This document shows positions 43,523 to 53,425 of a DNA stretch of 64,000 nucleotides, in pieces (the stretch's first letter is position 1; the number at the start of each line of letters is the position of its first letter). Source of the stretch: Pseudomonadota bacterium. GTDB lineage: Bacteria; Pseudomonadota; Gammaproteobacteria; Pseudomonadales; JADFDG01. Location of the stretch: assembly GCA_049324495.1 (NCBI GenBank), contig JBMOOP010000110.1, forward strand, positions 26,027 to 90,026. The letters are read 5' to 3'. The notes beneath the pieces were generated by a model. The model was not told the origin of the DNA. It saw only the letters and a list, made by a program, of their open reading frames with translations, and did no database searches. A program made the position numbers and the translations under genes.

Positions 43523-44506
43523 TCACCAGGTGAGTGGTTTGTCGCTTGATCCCGGGGTTATCGCCGGTGCGGCAGTTGGTGCGGCAGGCATTGCATCTGC
43601 CGGTTCTGCCTCCTGCGCCAGCGCTGCGCCGGCCACCTGCCTGGCCAGTGCGGTGAACAATTCGCCGGCCTCGAAGTCGTTGCGTTTGGTCCACGAATAG
43701 CGGTTCTTCTCCTTGCGCTGGTTGTCGAAAGCAACGTTGCCGGCAGCCAGCAGCTTGCCGGTGGCCGCTTCCACCATGCGCCAGGTGAGGCGAATTTCGT
43801 CGGTCTTCTTCGGCTTGCTGCCGTAGGCGCCCGGTTCGGCTTCGGTACGCGCTTCCTGCACGCGCCCAACCATCAGGAAATCCGCGCCGACCGAGGCGCC
43901 GAGTTTGGTGAGCTCTTCCGGTGCGGCATCGGCGCCGAGTACTGCTTTTTCGAGACCCAGCTCGGCAAAGAAATCGCGGTTCACTACCACCACGCCCTGT
44001 TGCGTGCTTATCTGGGTCACCAGATGATCGGCGAGGCGCTGCGAAAATGCCATCGCGTCGCCATGATCGGCGAGGCGATAGCTGTCGAGTGTTACGCGGA
44101 ACGGCAGCACTGCAATGCGTTTTTTCCCCGCGTCGCTGATCGCCGATTCAAAGCTTGGCACCAGAGCGCGGATGCGCACATAAACGCTTTTGTCCGTCGC
44201 GCGCTGCTCCAGTACCTGATAGCTGCGCACAAAACCGCGCGACTCGGTGTAGACATCCTGCACAGGTTTTGTGGTCTTCTCGATGACCGTGCCGTCGGCA
44301 CCGGCAACAATCGCCAGCGTCTCCTCGACGCTGCGGTCGACACCGGCGGCCGAACCGCGCACCTGGCGCACCGCTTCCACCAGCGCATTGGTCACGGCTT
44401 CCTGCTGGGTTGCGCCGTAGCCTTCCGTTTCCCGGGTAACATCATTCGTTGCCGCGAATGCGGCGGATGACAGCGTCACCAGTACCAGCAACAATGCATG
44501 CCACAT
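43523..44506 (-). CDS. Secreted CsgG/FlgT-like envelope protein
   Basis: Signal peptide; GYGATQQEAVTNALVEAVRQVRG; KRIAVLPFRV; LGASVGADFLMVGRVQE. Confidence 0.6.
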   Translation of the reverse strand: MWHALLLVLVTLSSAAFAATNDVTRETEGYGATQQEAVTNALVEAVRQVRGSAAGVDRSVEETLAIVAGADGTVIEKTTKPVQDVYTESRGFVRSYQVLEQRATDKSVYVRIRALVPSFESAISDAGKKRIAVLPFRVTLDSYRLADHGDAMAFSQRLADHLVTQISTQQGVVVVNRDFFAELGLEKAVLGADAAPEELTKLGASVGADFLMVGRVQEARTEAEPGAYGSKPKKTDEIRLTWRMVEAATGKLLAAGNVAFDNQRKEKNRYSWTKRNDFEAGELFTALARQVAGAALAQEAEPADAMPAAPTAAPAITPGSSDKPLTW

Positions 44507-44558
44507 GGCGGCATCCTCCCTGTGTCGATCAGGCGGGCGAGCGATTTGCGGATGCCAA

Positions 44559-45164
44559 CTACATGCCCAGCAGTGACTTGCTCTTGGTCTTGCGAATTTC
44601 CTTCTCGCCCTGCCACTCGACGATGCCGCTCTGCAGGTGCATCAATTTCAGGGTGAACTTGTAATACACATCCCGGGTTTTACCGGCCTGCTTGACGATG
44701 CTCGACAGGTTGCCATACAGCATGTATTCGGCGCCGATCTGCTGACCGATCTTCACCGCAGTTTTGGCGTCGACATTGCCGGATTCCTGCTGGAAGTCGA
44801 GTTGCTCCTGCACCTGCTTCACGGCTGTCATGTCAACGAAACGGAACTTGCCGGAGTTGATCACCTTGGTCTGGATGGTGTCGGTAATCGATTCGGTATC
44901 AATGTGTTCGGTCGTCTTGTTCTTGACCTTGTCGACAAAAATGACCGGGCGACGCTGCGCCGTTACTTGTACAACCGGCGGGAAAGCCAGCATGTCGTCG
45001 GTCATTTTGCCGGCGATCATCTGCAGGTCGGTGGAGCCGAAATCGGTGTTGACGGTTTCAACCGCCTGGGCGTCACCGTAGGCGACCTTGTTGGCGCAAC
45101 CGGTGAGCAAACCGGTACTGATGAGTGTGGCACCGACCAGCGTGGTGACGAAAATGCGCTTCAT
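44559..45164 (-). CDS. lpoB: Penicillin-binding protein activator LpoB
   Basis: Lipobox LLTGC; RPVIFVDKVKNKTTEHIDTESITDTIQTKVINSGKFRFVD; GAEYMLYGNLSSI. Confidence 0.85.
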   Translation of the reverse strand: MKRIFVTTLVGATLISTGLLTGCANKVAYGDAQAVETVNTDFGSTDLQMIAGKMTDDMLAFPPVVQVTAQRRPVIFVDKVKNKTTEHIDTESITDTIQTKVINSGKFRFVDMTAVKQVQEQLDFQQESGNVDAKTAVKIGQQIGAEYMLYGNLSSIVKQAGKTRDVYYKFTLKLMHLQSGIVEWQGEKEIRKTKSKSLLGM

Positions 45165-45203
45165 GTTCTTTCTCCTTGTGGGTAAGCGACCGACAGTCGT
45201 GGC

Positions 45204-45608
45204 TTAGGGTTTTTCCTGCAGGAACAGCTTGAACGTGGCGGCGGTGGGATTCGGGGCCAGCGCCTGCAGCGATTTTGTTTCATGCGCCATGATGGCAACC
45301 GGGGTCCAGCCGGTGCTGTCCGGGTTGAGCTCCATGCCGTTGGCGTCATACCACTTGAATCGGTACTCGAAGGTATAGCTGAAGTTGGAGTCGTTCTGCA
45401 GTTCGACGCTGGCCCTGGCCAGATCGCCGGCCCTGGCGGTGACGACCTTGAGCACGTCGAGGCGATCCTTGGTGTCGCCGGCGGTAATCACCTGGTATTT
45501 CACCGGGTCGTCGTCGCCGGCCGACACGGACTTGAGCCCGCTGCAGCCGACGGTGAGGGCGACCATGATCGTGGTGAGAATCGTAGCGAGAAATGCACGG
45601 TATTTCAT
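45204..45608 (-). CDS. YcfL-like (DUF1425) lipoprotein
   Basis: Lipobox TVGCS; FSYTFEYRFKWYDANGMEL. Adjacent to lpoB. Confidence 0.7.
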   Translation of the reverse strand: MKYRAFLATILTTIMVALTVGCSGLKSVSAGDDDPVKYQVITAGDTKDRLDVLKVVTARAGDLARASVELQNDSNFSYTFEYRFKWYDANGMELNPDSTGWTPVAIMAHETKSLQALAPNPTAATFKLFLQEKP

Positions 45609-45626
45609 GGGGTTACTCTCCTTGGG

Positions 45627-46994
45627 TCATAGCGCATACGTCTGGGTGGTCAGCCGCCCGTTCGCTTCGACAACACGGACGATAGTCGTTCTCCCGGCGC
45701 GAACGGCCACCGGCAGTGACAGGCTGCCGGTGGCACCGACAAATTCCAGCGACCGGTTGCCGGCCGGCAGCGCCAGGCGCACGCCCTGGGCATTGGCCGG
45801 CAGCGTCAGCCAACTGCGCAGGTCGGCCTGCTCGGAGACCAGGTTATAGATGTTGGCAGCAAACTGTCCGAGCACTCCGCCCTGTTTGGCCGCCTGTTTC
45901 TGGATTTCATACTTGGAGCGGGCACGCAGGATTTGGCGCACCAGCATGGCGGGCACCTGCTCCCTGAGCGCTTTCATGGCCAGCGCGCCGGTGTCCACCA
46001 GCAGCGCAGTCGTAGCGAGCGTGTTGTCGTCGCTGCGCACGGTCAGGGGCGTCGGCGGTGCGTAGTCGAGGCCGTCGTAAATGGGGAACTGGATGCTGAA
46101 CACCCCGCCGTCCATGGTTGGAATGGGCAGGCCGACCGGCTTTTTGGCCGGCACAAAGCCCTGCTCGAACAGCACCACGACGCTGCCCGTCGGCGGCGAT
46201 GCCGACGTGGTTTTCGCCGCCCGCCCGTCGAAATACTGGTTGGCACGGATCACATCGTCGCGCAGGACTGCGTTGTCCGGTGCGAGTTCGAGGGCCTTTT
46301 TGTAATCGACCAGCGCGTCGTTGTACTCATCGAGTGCTTCCCAGATGACTGCCGAGGTATAGAACGTGTAGCCGTTCTGGAAGGAGTTCTTCAGGCGACC
46401 GGCGATTGAGTCCATGCCGGTGAAATAGTTGTCGAACTCGCTGACGAAGATATTGTTCTGTGTTGCTTCGCCCTGCGCCTTGGCGATCTCGTCGGCGTAC
46501 TTCAGTTCGAGCTCGCGCTGCATCTGTTGCGCCCGGCGCAGCTCGACGGCGGCACCCTGCACATCGCCCAGGCCGAGATAATTGAACGCCTGGAACTGAT
46601 GCGCCATCACCCGCTCGTAAGCGTAGCCCTGGTAGGGAATGGCGTTATCGTTGGTGAGCAGCGCGCTGCCGGTGGCGCCGGCGCCACTGAGCGACAGTGC
46701 GGCCTTGTCGGCCACCGCCTCGAAGCCGGCGATGACGGTCTCGAAATCCTGTTTGCTGGTCGCGTAGTCGCCCTGCAGTTGCGCGAGGCGGGCGCGCTCC
46801 ATCAGGTACAGCATGCGATCGGCGTTGGCGCGTTTCGCATCCAGTTTCGCCATCACCGTTGCGGTATCGGCACCGCCCGGTGTGGCCTGCCGAAATGCCT
46901 GCGCCTGGTTCGGGTAGGGGTTGAACACGCTCGTTGCCGCGCAGCCTGACAGCAGGAGCGCGGTGACGGCGGCGAGCAGCGGGCGCAGCGGCAC
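45627..46994 (-). CDS. COG3014-type tetratricopeptide-like lipoprotein
   Basis: LLLSGCAATSVFNPYPNQAQAFR; ARLAQLQGDYATSKQDFETVI; YNDALVDYKKALELAPDNAVLRDD. Confidence 0.7.
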   Translation of the reverse strand: MPLRPLLAAVTALLLSGCAATSVFNPYPNQAQAFRQATPGGADTATVMAKLDAKRANADRMLYLMERARLAQLQGDYATSKQDFETVIAGFEAVADKAALSLSGAGATGSALLTNDNAIPYQGYAYERVMAHQFQAFNYLGLGDVQGAAVELRRAQQMQRELELKYADEIAKAQGEATQNNIFVSEFDNYFTGMDSIAGRLKNSFQNGYTFYTSAVIWEALDEYNDALVDYKKALELAPDNAVLRDDVIRANQYFDGRAAKTTSASPPTGSVVVLFEQGFVPAKKPVGLPIPTMDGGVFSIQFPIYDGLDYAPPTPLTVRSDDNTLATTALLVDTGALAMKALREQVPAMLVRQILRARSKYEIQKQAAKQGGVLGQFAANIYNLVSEQADLRSWLTLPANAQGVRLALPAGNRSLEFVGATGSLSLPVAVRAGRTTIVRVVEANGRLTTQTYAL

Positions 46995-47020
46995 AGACTG
47001 TCTTTGCGGTCGGTGTGCGA

Positions 47021-47590
47021 TCAGAACCGGAAGCCAAGACCGACGCGCGGGCCGGCGATGGTGGCGTTGTACGATATGCCCGTATTGCCTTCCATGTCAC
47101 CGTCGAACAGCGAAACGTAGCCGGCATCGGCGAAGAAATGGTCAGCCAGGCGGAACTGCAGACCGGCGCCCCAGGTGACACCCTTGCCGTCGATGTCATC
47201 GATATTCGAGAGCACTTCCGCCGTGCCATAGCCGAGATAGGCATAGCCGGCGACATAGTGATTGAACTCCGCTTGCGCGCCGAGGTTGAAGTTCAGCGCG
47301 GTGCCGAGTTTGGCGTCAAGACCCGATGCGTTGTCGCTGTTGAGCGAGGTGGCGAGGCCGGCGCCGACCCAGAAATTGCTGCCAACCGGCTGACGGATTT
47401 CCAGGGTGAGGCCGTCCGGGCTGGCCGAACCGCTGCCGCTGAGCGAGGGTGACGATGCGTCGGCGTCCGGTGCGTAGATGCTGCCGATGATCGATGGGCC
47501 GGCGCCGGCAGGAGCACTCAGGAGGCCGGCACCCAAGGCGGTGCCCAGGACGAACAAGGGCAGGGCGCGGATCTTCGTGGTGCGGGTCAT
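47021..47590 (-). CDS. Outer membrane beta-barrel protein (YfaZ-like)
   Basis: Signal peptide from MTRTTKIRAL; GLTLEIRQPVGSNFWVGAGLATSL; terminal GPRVGLGFRF. Confidence 0.65.
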   Translation of the reverse strand: MTRTTKIRALPLFVLGTALGAGLLSAPAGAGPSIIGSIYAPDADASSPSLSGSGSASPDGLTLEIRQPVGSNFWVGAGLATSLNSDNASGLDAKLGTALNFNLGAQAEFNHYVAGYAYLGYGTAEVLSNIDDIDGKGVTWGAGLQFRLADHFFADAGYVSLFDGDMEGNTGISYNATIAGPRVGLGFRF

Positions 47591-47657
47591 GGCACAGGTC
47601 ATGGTGTTGTTCTCCCTAACATGGACAACGAACCCGTCCGGGAGGACGGAGTATGGG

Positions 47658-48887
47658 TTAGAACAGTACGCGGGTACGGATGGTTCCCTCAATGGTCGAG
47701 AGTTTTTCCAGAGCGAGCTTGCTGTACTCGGCTTCAACGTCGATCACCACATAGCCGATATTGGCGTTGGTCATCAGGTACTGGCCGGAGATGTTGATCT
47801 TGTTGTCGGAGAAGACGTTGTTGATCTTCGACAGCACGCCCGGGACATTCTTGTGGATGTGCATCAGGCGGTGCGCGCCCGGGTGCGGCGGCAGGGCGAC
47901 TTCCGGGAAATTGACCGCCGACAGCGTCGAGCCGATGTCGCTGTAGCGGATGAATTTCTCGGAGACCTCCAGGCCGATATTGGCCTGTGCTTCTGCCGTC
48001 GAGCCGCCGATGTGTGGCGTCAGGATGACATTGTCGAATTTGCGCAGCGGCGACATGAACTCTTCGTCATTCGCTTTCGGTTCCACCGGGAACACGTCGA
48101 AGGCAGCGCCGACCAGGCGCAACTCGGCGAGTGCCTCGCAGGCGGCGTCGATATCGACGCAGGTACCGCGCGCGGCGTTGATGAAAATCGAACCGAACTT
48201 CATTTTGCGGAACTGCGCCTGGCCCATCATGTTCTGTGTGCTCGGCAGCTCCGGCACATGCAGGGTGACGACATCGGCGGTTTCCAGCAGCTCGTCCAGC
48301 GAGTTAACCTGTACCGCGTTGCCCAACGGCAGCTTGGTAACGACATCATGGAAGATGACCTTCATGCCGAGGCTTTCGGCCAGCACCGACAGCTGCGTAC
48401 CGATCGAGCCGTAACCGACGATGCCCAGGGTCTTGCCGCGCACTTCCCAGCTGTTTTCCGCCGATTTCACCCATACGCCACGGTGGGCGAGCGCATTTTT
48501 CTCGGGAATGCCGCGCAGCAGCAGAATGGCCTGGCCGAGCACCAGCTCGGCGACCGAGCGGGTATTGGAATAGGGCGCGTTGAACACCGGGATGCCGCGG
48601 ATCAGTGCCGCGTTGAGATCAATCTGGTTGGTGCCGATACAGAACGCGCCAACGCCGATCAGTTTGTGCGCCGCAGCGAATACGTCTTCGGTCAGGTTGG
48701 TGCGCGAACGGATACCGACGAAATGGGCATCGGCAATCGCCTTCTTCAGGTCGTCCCCGGCCAGCGCTTTCTTGTGGTACTCGATGTTGGTGTAGCCATT
48801 GCGCTTGAGGTTGTCGAGCGCGGTCTGGTGCACGCCTTCGAGCAACAGAAACTTGATACGGTCCTTTTCGAGGGACGTCTTCGACAT
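47658..48887 (-). CDS. serA: D-3-phosphoglycerate dehydrogenase with C-terminal ACT domain
   Basis: IKFLLLEGVHQTALDNLKRNGYTNIEYHK, LGIVGYGSIGTQLSVLAESLGM, AHRLMHIHKNVPGVLSKIN. Confidence 0.95.
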   Translation of the reverse strand: MSKTSLEKDRIKFLLLEGVHQTALDNLKRNGYTNIEYHKKALAGDDLKKAIADAHFVGIRSRTNLTEDVFAAAHKLIGVGAFCIGTNQIDLNAALIRGIPVFNAPYSNTRSVAELVLGQAILLLRGIPEKNALAHRGVWVKSAENSWEVRGKTLGIVGYGSIGTQLSVLAESLGMKVIFHDVVTKLPLGNAVQVNSLDELLETADVVTLHVPELPSTQNMMGQAQFRKMKFGSIFINAARGTCVDIDAACEALAELRLVGAAFDVFPVEPKANDEEFMSPLRKFDNVILTPHIGGSTAEAQANIGLEVSEKFIRYSDIGSTLSAVNFPEVALPPHPGAHRLMHIHKNVPGVLSKINNVFSDNKINISGQYLMTNANIGYVVIDVEAEYSKLALEKLSTIEGTIRTRVLF

Positions 48888-48926
48888 CGGGGGAAATCTC
48901 CAGTGGGTACGGCCTTGAAAAAGGCT

Positions 48927-48944
48927 GCGCATGATACCATGCGC
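48927..48944. promoter_or_regulatory. Inverted repeat in the serA / FAD-oxidoreductase divergent intergenic region
   Basis: GCGCATG-atac-CATGCGC, perfect 7-bp arms. Confidence 0.35.
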
Positions 48945-48979
48945 CCCCCGAATTCGATGATTTCCAAGGGCTTGCGATC

Positions 48980-50380
48980 GTGCCCAGCCTGACCCCCACC
49001 GACACACAGAGCCAGACCGCAGAGCTCTTCCGCTCGGCAGTGCGGCGCATCCTGACCGACGCCGAGAGTCTCCTGCGATACGGCCGCGACTGGACCCGTG
49101 CCCAGGATCCGGCGCCAGCGTGCATCCTGTTGCCGGCTTCGATCGAGGAAGTGCAGGCCATCGTCAAGCTGGCCAACCAGCACCGCATTGCGCTGGTGCC
49201 TTCCGGTGGTCGCACCGGCCTCTCCGGCGGCGCTGTCGCCGCCCATGGCGAAGTGGTAGTTGCCATGGATGCCATGAACAAAGTGCTCGGCTTCAATGCG
49301 CTGGATCGCAGCGTGCAGGTGCAGGCCGGTGTGGTGACACAACAACTGCAGCAGTTTGCCGAAACGCAGGGCCTGTATTACCCGGTCGATTTCGCCTCCG
49401 CAGGCTCCAGCCAGATCGGCGGCAACATCGCCACCAATGCCGGCGGCATCAAGGTGATCCGCTACGGCATGACCCGCAACTGGATCAGCGGTCTTAGGGT
49501 CGTTACCGGCAAGGGCGACGTGCTGGAATTGAACAAGGGTCTCGCCAAAAACGCCACCGGTTACGATCTGCGCCATCTTTTCATTGGCAGCGAAGGTACG
49601 CTCGGCATTATTTGCGAAGCGACCGTGCAATTGACGCGCCCGCCCGCGGGCTTGACGGTGCTGGTATTCGGGGTGCCGGATTTTTCTGCCGTGATGAACG
49701 TATTGCACGCTTATCAGGAAAAAATCGACCTCACCGCCTTTGAATTTTTTTCCGAGCAGGCGCTGCGCCATGTGCTTGCGCACGGCGTGCCGCGCCCGTT
49801 CACGGCGCAGGCGCCGCTCTATGTGCTGCTCGAATTCGAGAACGCAAGTGAGGCGGTGGAAAGCGATGCCATGGCGCTTTTCGAAGCCGGCGTTGAAAGG
49901 GGCTGGGTGCTCGATGGCGTTATGAGCCAGTCGGTGCAACAGCTCAAGGATTTGTGGGCGCTGCGCGAGCGCATCAGCGAGAGCATCTCGAAATACACGC
50001 CGTACAAGAACGACATCTCCGTTACCGTTGCCAACGTGCCGGCCTTCGTGAAGGAGGTCGATAACATCGTGCAGGCGAACTACCCGGATTTCGAGATTGT
50101 CTGGTTCGGCCATATCGGCGATGGCAACATGCACTTGAACATCCTCAAGCCCGAGGCGGTGACGCGTGATGATTTTCTTGCCAGGTGCAAGCACGTCAGT
50201 GGCTGGGTTTACGCTGCGGTGCAGAAGTACAGCGGCTCGATTTCGGCCGAGCACGGGCTGGGCAATATCAAGAAACCGTTTTTGCATTACACGCGGGGTG
50301 AAACGGAGCAAGCGTATTTGCGCGCTATCAGGGCGGCGTTTGATCCGAATGGGGTTATGAATCCGGGTAAGGTGATTTGA
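48980..50380 (+). CDS. FAD-binding D-2-hydroxyacid (D-2-hydroxyglutarate-like) dehydrogenase
   Basis: ALVPSGGRTGLSGGAVA, IGGNIATNAGGIKVIRYGMTRNWI, HIGDGNMHLN, SAEHGLG. Confidence 0.88.
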   Translation: MPSLTPTDTQSQTAELFRSAVRRILTDAESLLRYGRDWTRAQDPAPACILLPASIEEVQAIVKLANQHRIALVPSGGRTGLSGGAVAAHGEVVVAMDAMNKVLGFNALDRSVQVQAGVVTQQLQQFAETQGLYYPVDFASAGSSQIGGNIATNAGGIKVIRYGMTRNWISGLRVVTGKGDVLELNKGLAKNATGYDLRHLFIGSEGTLGIICEATVQLTRPPAGLTVLVFGVPDFSAVMNVLHAYQEKIDLTAFEFFSEQALRHVLAHGVPRPFTAQAPLYVLLEFENASEAVESDAMALFEAGVERGWVLDGVMSQSVQQLKDLWALRERISESISKYTPYKNDISVTVANVPAFVKEVDNIVQANYPDFEIVWFGHIGDGNMHLNILKPEAVTRDDFLARCKHVSGWVYAAVQKYSGSISAEHGLGNIKKPFLHYTRGETEQAYLRAIRAAFDPNGVMNPGKVI

Positions 50381-51250
50381 ATGGCCCCACCACCTTCCGC
50401 CCGCCCATCACCGGCAGGCGTCAACCCGCACGCGCAACAACCCACCTCGCTGGTGGCCTTGGCAGGCAGCCTGTGGCGCAATCGCCGGCTCATTGCACAG
50501 ATGACCCGGCGCGAAGTGGTGGGGCGCTACAAGGGTTCGGTGATGGGTCTGGCCTGGTCGTTCTTCAACCCGGTATTCATGCTGGCGGTGTACACCTTTG
50601 TTTTTTCCGTCGTCTTCAAGTCGCGCTGGGGCGTTGATGGCGATGAGAGCAAGATGCAGTTCGCTGTCGTGCTGTTTGTCGGCATGATCGTGCACGGTTT
50701 TTTTGCCGAAGTGCTCAACAGGGCACCAGGCCTGGTTCTATCCAACGTCAACTACGTCAAGAAAGTCGTGTTCCCGTTAGAGATACTGCCGGTCATTGCC
50801 ATGGGCGCGGCCTTGTTCCACAGCCTGATCAGTCTTGGCGTGTTGCTGTTCGCCTTTGTGATATTCAACGGTTACGTTCCCTGGACGGTGGTCTTGACGC
50901 CGCTGGTGCTGCTGCCGCTGGTCATCCTCACCCTGGGTTTCGCCTGGATGCTCGCCTCCCTCGGTGTATTTTTGCGCGATGTCGGCCAGACCATCGGCAT
51001 CATCACCATGGTCATGATGTTTCTGGCGCCGGTTTTTTACCCGGTTACGGCGCTGTCGGAAGAATTCCGGCCCTGGATCATGGCCAATCCGCTGACCTTC
51101 ATCATCGAGCAGGCCCGCGAGGTGCTGATCTGGGGGCGTATGCCGAACTGGTTGGGTTTGGGCGCCTATCTGGCGATGGCGATGGCGATGGCGTGGGCGG
51201 GTTACGCCTGGTTCCAGAAAACCAGGAAAGGGTTTGCCGATGTCCTCTGA
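50381..51250 (+). CDS. wzm: Polysaccharide (O-antigen type) ABC transporter permease
   Basis: TRREVVGRYKGSVMGLAWSFFNPVFMLAVYTFVFSVVFK; six-TM ABC-2 type. Confidence 0.9.
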   Translation: MAPPPSARPSPAGVNPHAQQPTSLVALAGSLWRNRRLIAQMTRREVVGRYKGSVMGLAWSFFNPVFMLAVYTFVFSVVFKSRWGVDGDESKMQFAVVLFVGMIVHGFFAEVLNRAPGLVLSNVNYVKKVVFPLEILPVIAMGAALFHSLISLGVLLFAFVIFNGYVPWTVVLTPLVLLPLVILTLGFAWMLASLGVFLRDVGQTIGIITMVMMFLAPVFYPVTALSEEFRPWIMANPLTFIIEQAREVLIWGRMPNWLGLGAYLAMAMAMAWAGYAWFQKTRKGFADVL

Positions 51251-52604
51251 TGCGATTTTTTCTGATGAAATTGCGATTCGCGTGCAAGGTCTGAGCAAGT
51301 GCTACCAGATCTACGAAACGCCGAGCGACCGGCTCAAGCAGTTTGTTGCGCCGCGATTGCAGCGCCTGGTCGGGCGGCCTGCCGGGCAGTATTTCCGTGA
51401 ATTCTGGGCGCTCAAGGATGTTTCGTTTGAGGTCAGGAAAGGCGAGACGGTCGGCATTATCGGGCGCAACGGCTCGGGCAAATCGACCTTGCTGCAAATC
51501 ATTTGCGGCACGCTCTCGCCCACCAGCGGCAGCGTGGAAACCTTTGGTCGGATTGCCGCCTTGCTGGAGTTAGGTTCCGGCTTTAATCCCGAATTCACGG
51601 GGCGTGAGAACGTCTACCTGAATGCCGCTGTATTGGGGCTCAGCAAGGAAGAAGTTGACGCGCGGTTCGATGCTATCGCGGCCTTTGCCGATATCGGCGA
51701 GTTCATCGAGCAGCCGGTAAAAACCTATTCGAGCGGGATGTTTGTGCGACTCGCTTTTGCAATCCAGGCGAATGTCGATCCGGAAATATTGATCGTCGAT
51801 GAGGCGTTGGCTGTTGGCGATGCCTACTTTGTGCATCGGTGCATGGCTCGTTTCCACGAGCTTCAGGAAAAGGGCACGACCATCGTGTTCGTCAGCCACG
51901 ACGCCAGCGCTGTAAAGCGCCTGTGCGCCAGGGCGCTGTGGTTCAAGAATGGGCACTTGATCCTGGACGGGAATGCGACGGTTGTTGTCGATGCATATCT
52001 CCAGGACTTGTTCGGCCTGGACGACAAGAAAACAAGCGGTACGGCTGTGGTGCTTTCCGAGGAAAAAATATCTGGGGGAAATAACGTCAGTCTGAAGCTG
52101 GCTTTGCCGCCAGGCGACGGCCGCCTTGGCGCGGGGGCGCTGGAAATCACCGGCATGCTGCTGTCTGACGCGCGTGGATTACCAGCTGGCACGGTCGGCT
52201 GGAATGAGGTTGTTTGCCTGCTGCTGGAAATACAGAACAAGGACGTGCCACCCGGCCAGGCCATCAGCACCGGTTACATCGTGCGAGACGGCAAGGGCAT
52301 CGAAATCGCCAGCGCGAATACGCGCTGGCAGGACGTCGAGGTTTTTGCGCCGGCGCGGGGCGGGTTTGTTCGCGTGTTGATCGAAGTGACAATCCCGATG
52401 CTGCATCCGGGTCATTACTCGCTGACGCCCAGTGTTTCCTCGATTGCCGGGGATCAGAAACAGGTTGTTCAGGATCGCATCCTGAATGCGCTTATTTTTG
52501 AAGTGACGACCAGCGAGGAAATCGTGACGCCCATTCGGTTTGCAACCAAATACTCTGTGTTGCCTTCGGGGCGACCGGCACCAGGTTCGGAGGAAATCGG
52601 CTGA
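51240..52604 (+). CDS. wzt: Polysaccharide ABC transporter ATPase with Wzt-type C-terminal extension
   Basis: GRNGSGKSTLLQIICGTLSPTSG, LRLGSGFNPEFTGRENV-type, and about 190-residue beta-rich C-terminus. Confidence 0.9.
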   Translation: MSSDAIFSDEIAIRVQGLSKCYQIYETPSDRLKQFVAPRLQRLVGRPAGQYFREFWALKDVSFEVRKGETVGIIGRNGSGKSTLLQIICGTLSPTSGSVETFGRIAALLELGSGFNPEFTGRENVYLNAAVLGLSKEEVDARFDAIAAFADIGEFIEQPVKTYSSGMFVRLAFAIQANVDPEILIVDEALAVGDAYFVHRCMARFHELQEKGTTIVFVSHDASAVKRLCARALWFKNGHLILDGNATVVVDAYLQDLFGLDDKKTSGTAVVLSEEKISGGNNVSLKLALPPGDGRLGAGALEITGMLLSDARGLPAGTVGWNEVVCLLLEIQNKDVPPGQAISTGYIVRDGKGIEIASANTRWQDVEVFAPARGGFVRVLIEVTIPMLHPGHYSLTPSVSSIAGDQKQVVQDRILNALIFEVTTSEEIVTPIRFATKYSVLPSGRPAPGSEEIG

Positions 52605-53425
52605 TGGATCGTTTCTTTATCTCCGGCTGCCAGCGATCGGGGACGACCATGCTGCGGTTGGTGCTTGAGTCGCATCCCGCGGTGCTGTGTGTCGACGAGG
52701 CGGTTGGTTACGACATCCTCGTCCGCGAATCAAAAGGCGAGCGTTGCGAGATTCCCGCCAAGGCGGGTGCGACGCTTCTCGGGTTCAAGATTCCGCGCTT
52801 CACGGAACAGTTGCTGTGGAAGGAGTTTGTCGATCTGGACTATGGCGCATTTCCGTCTTTCTACAAGGACGAAAAAGTCATTCATATTGTCAGGGATGCG
52901 CTGGACGTGATCGGATCGATGATGAAATTGAAGACCGAGGGCGGCGCGTCGTGGCTCGACCGATACGGCCGCAGCATTCTTCAGGCCCTGGTCAGGCACC
53001 CGAACATCAGTGCGCAATACCGGCAGGCATATGAGGATCTGGAGCACCGGGGGCTGCCGTCTCACCTGGTGGGGGCGCTTTATTGGCAGGTCAAGAACCA
53101 GGGGCTTCTTGACCTGCTTGAACACGGCAAGCCGGTCTACCCGGTCAGGTATGAATCCCTGGTTGGCTCGCCGGGGAGCGAGTTGCTGAAACTCGTTCAA
53201 TTCCTGGGCGTGAACTGGAGCGACTCGTTGCTCAATCACCCCGGAAGCCCGCATGCGGAGATCGATGAAAAGGGGCTGGCGATTGGCGAAACCGATCCGC
53301 TTCGAACCATCGATATGCAATCGATAGGCGGCCATCGTCAGGTGATGACCGAATTGCAGATCCAGGATGTCAGGCAGTACGTTGAATCTTTTTCAAAACG
53401 AATTGATTGCGCGATAACGACATGA
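52604..53425 (+). CDS. Sulfotransferase family protein
   Basis: FFISGCQRSGTTMLRLVLESHPAV (PAPS-loop-like), IHIVRDALDVIGSMM. Confidence 0.82.
   Translation: MDRFFISGCQRSGTTMLRLVLESHPAVLCVDEAVGYDILVRESKGERCEIPAKAGATLLGFKIPRFTEQLLWKEFVDLDYGAFPSFYKDEKVIHIVRDALDVIGSMMKLKTEGGASWLDRYGRSILQALVRHPNISAQYRQAYEDLEHRGLPSHLVGALYWQVKNQGLLDLLEHGKPVYPVRYESLVGSPGSELLKLVQFLGVNWSDSLLNHPGSPHAEIDEKGLAIGETDPLRTIDMQSIGGHRQVMTELQIQDVRQYVESFSKRIDCAITT

Noticed and set aside
47478-48992. 504-aa plus-strand ORF opposite serA
   Set aside because: Antisense shadow; serA motifs are clear on the minus strand.
48746-50311. 521-aa minus-strand ORF opposite the FAD oxidoreductase
   Set aside because: No recognisable domain; the sense frame carries complete FAD-oxidase motifs.
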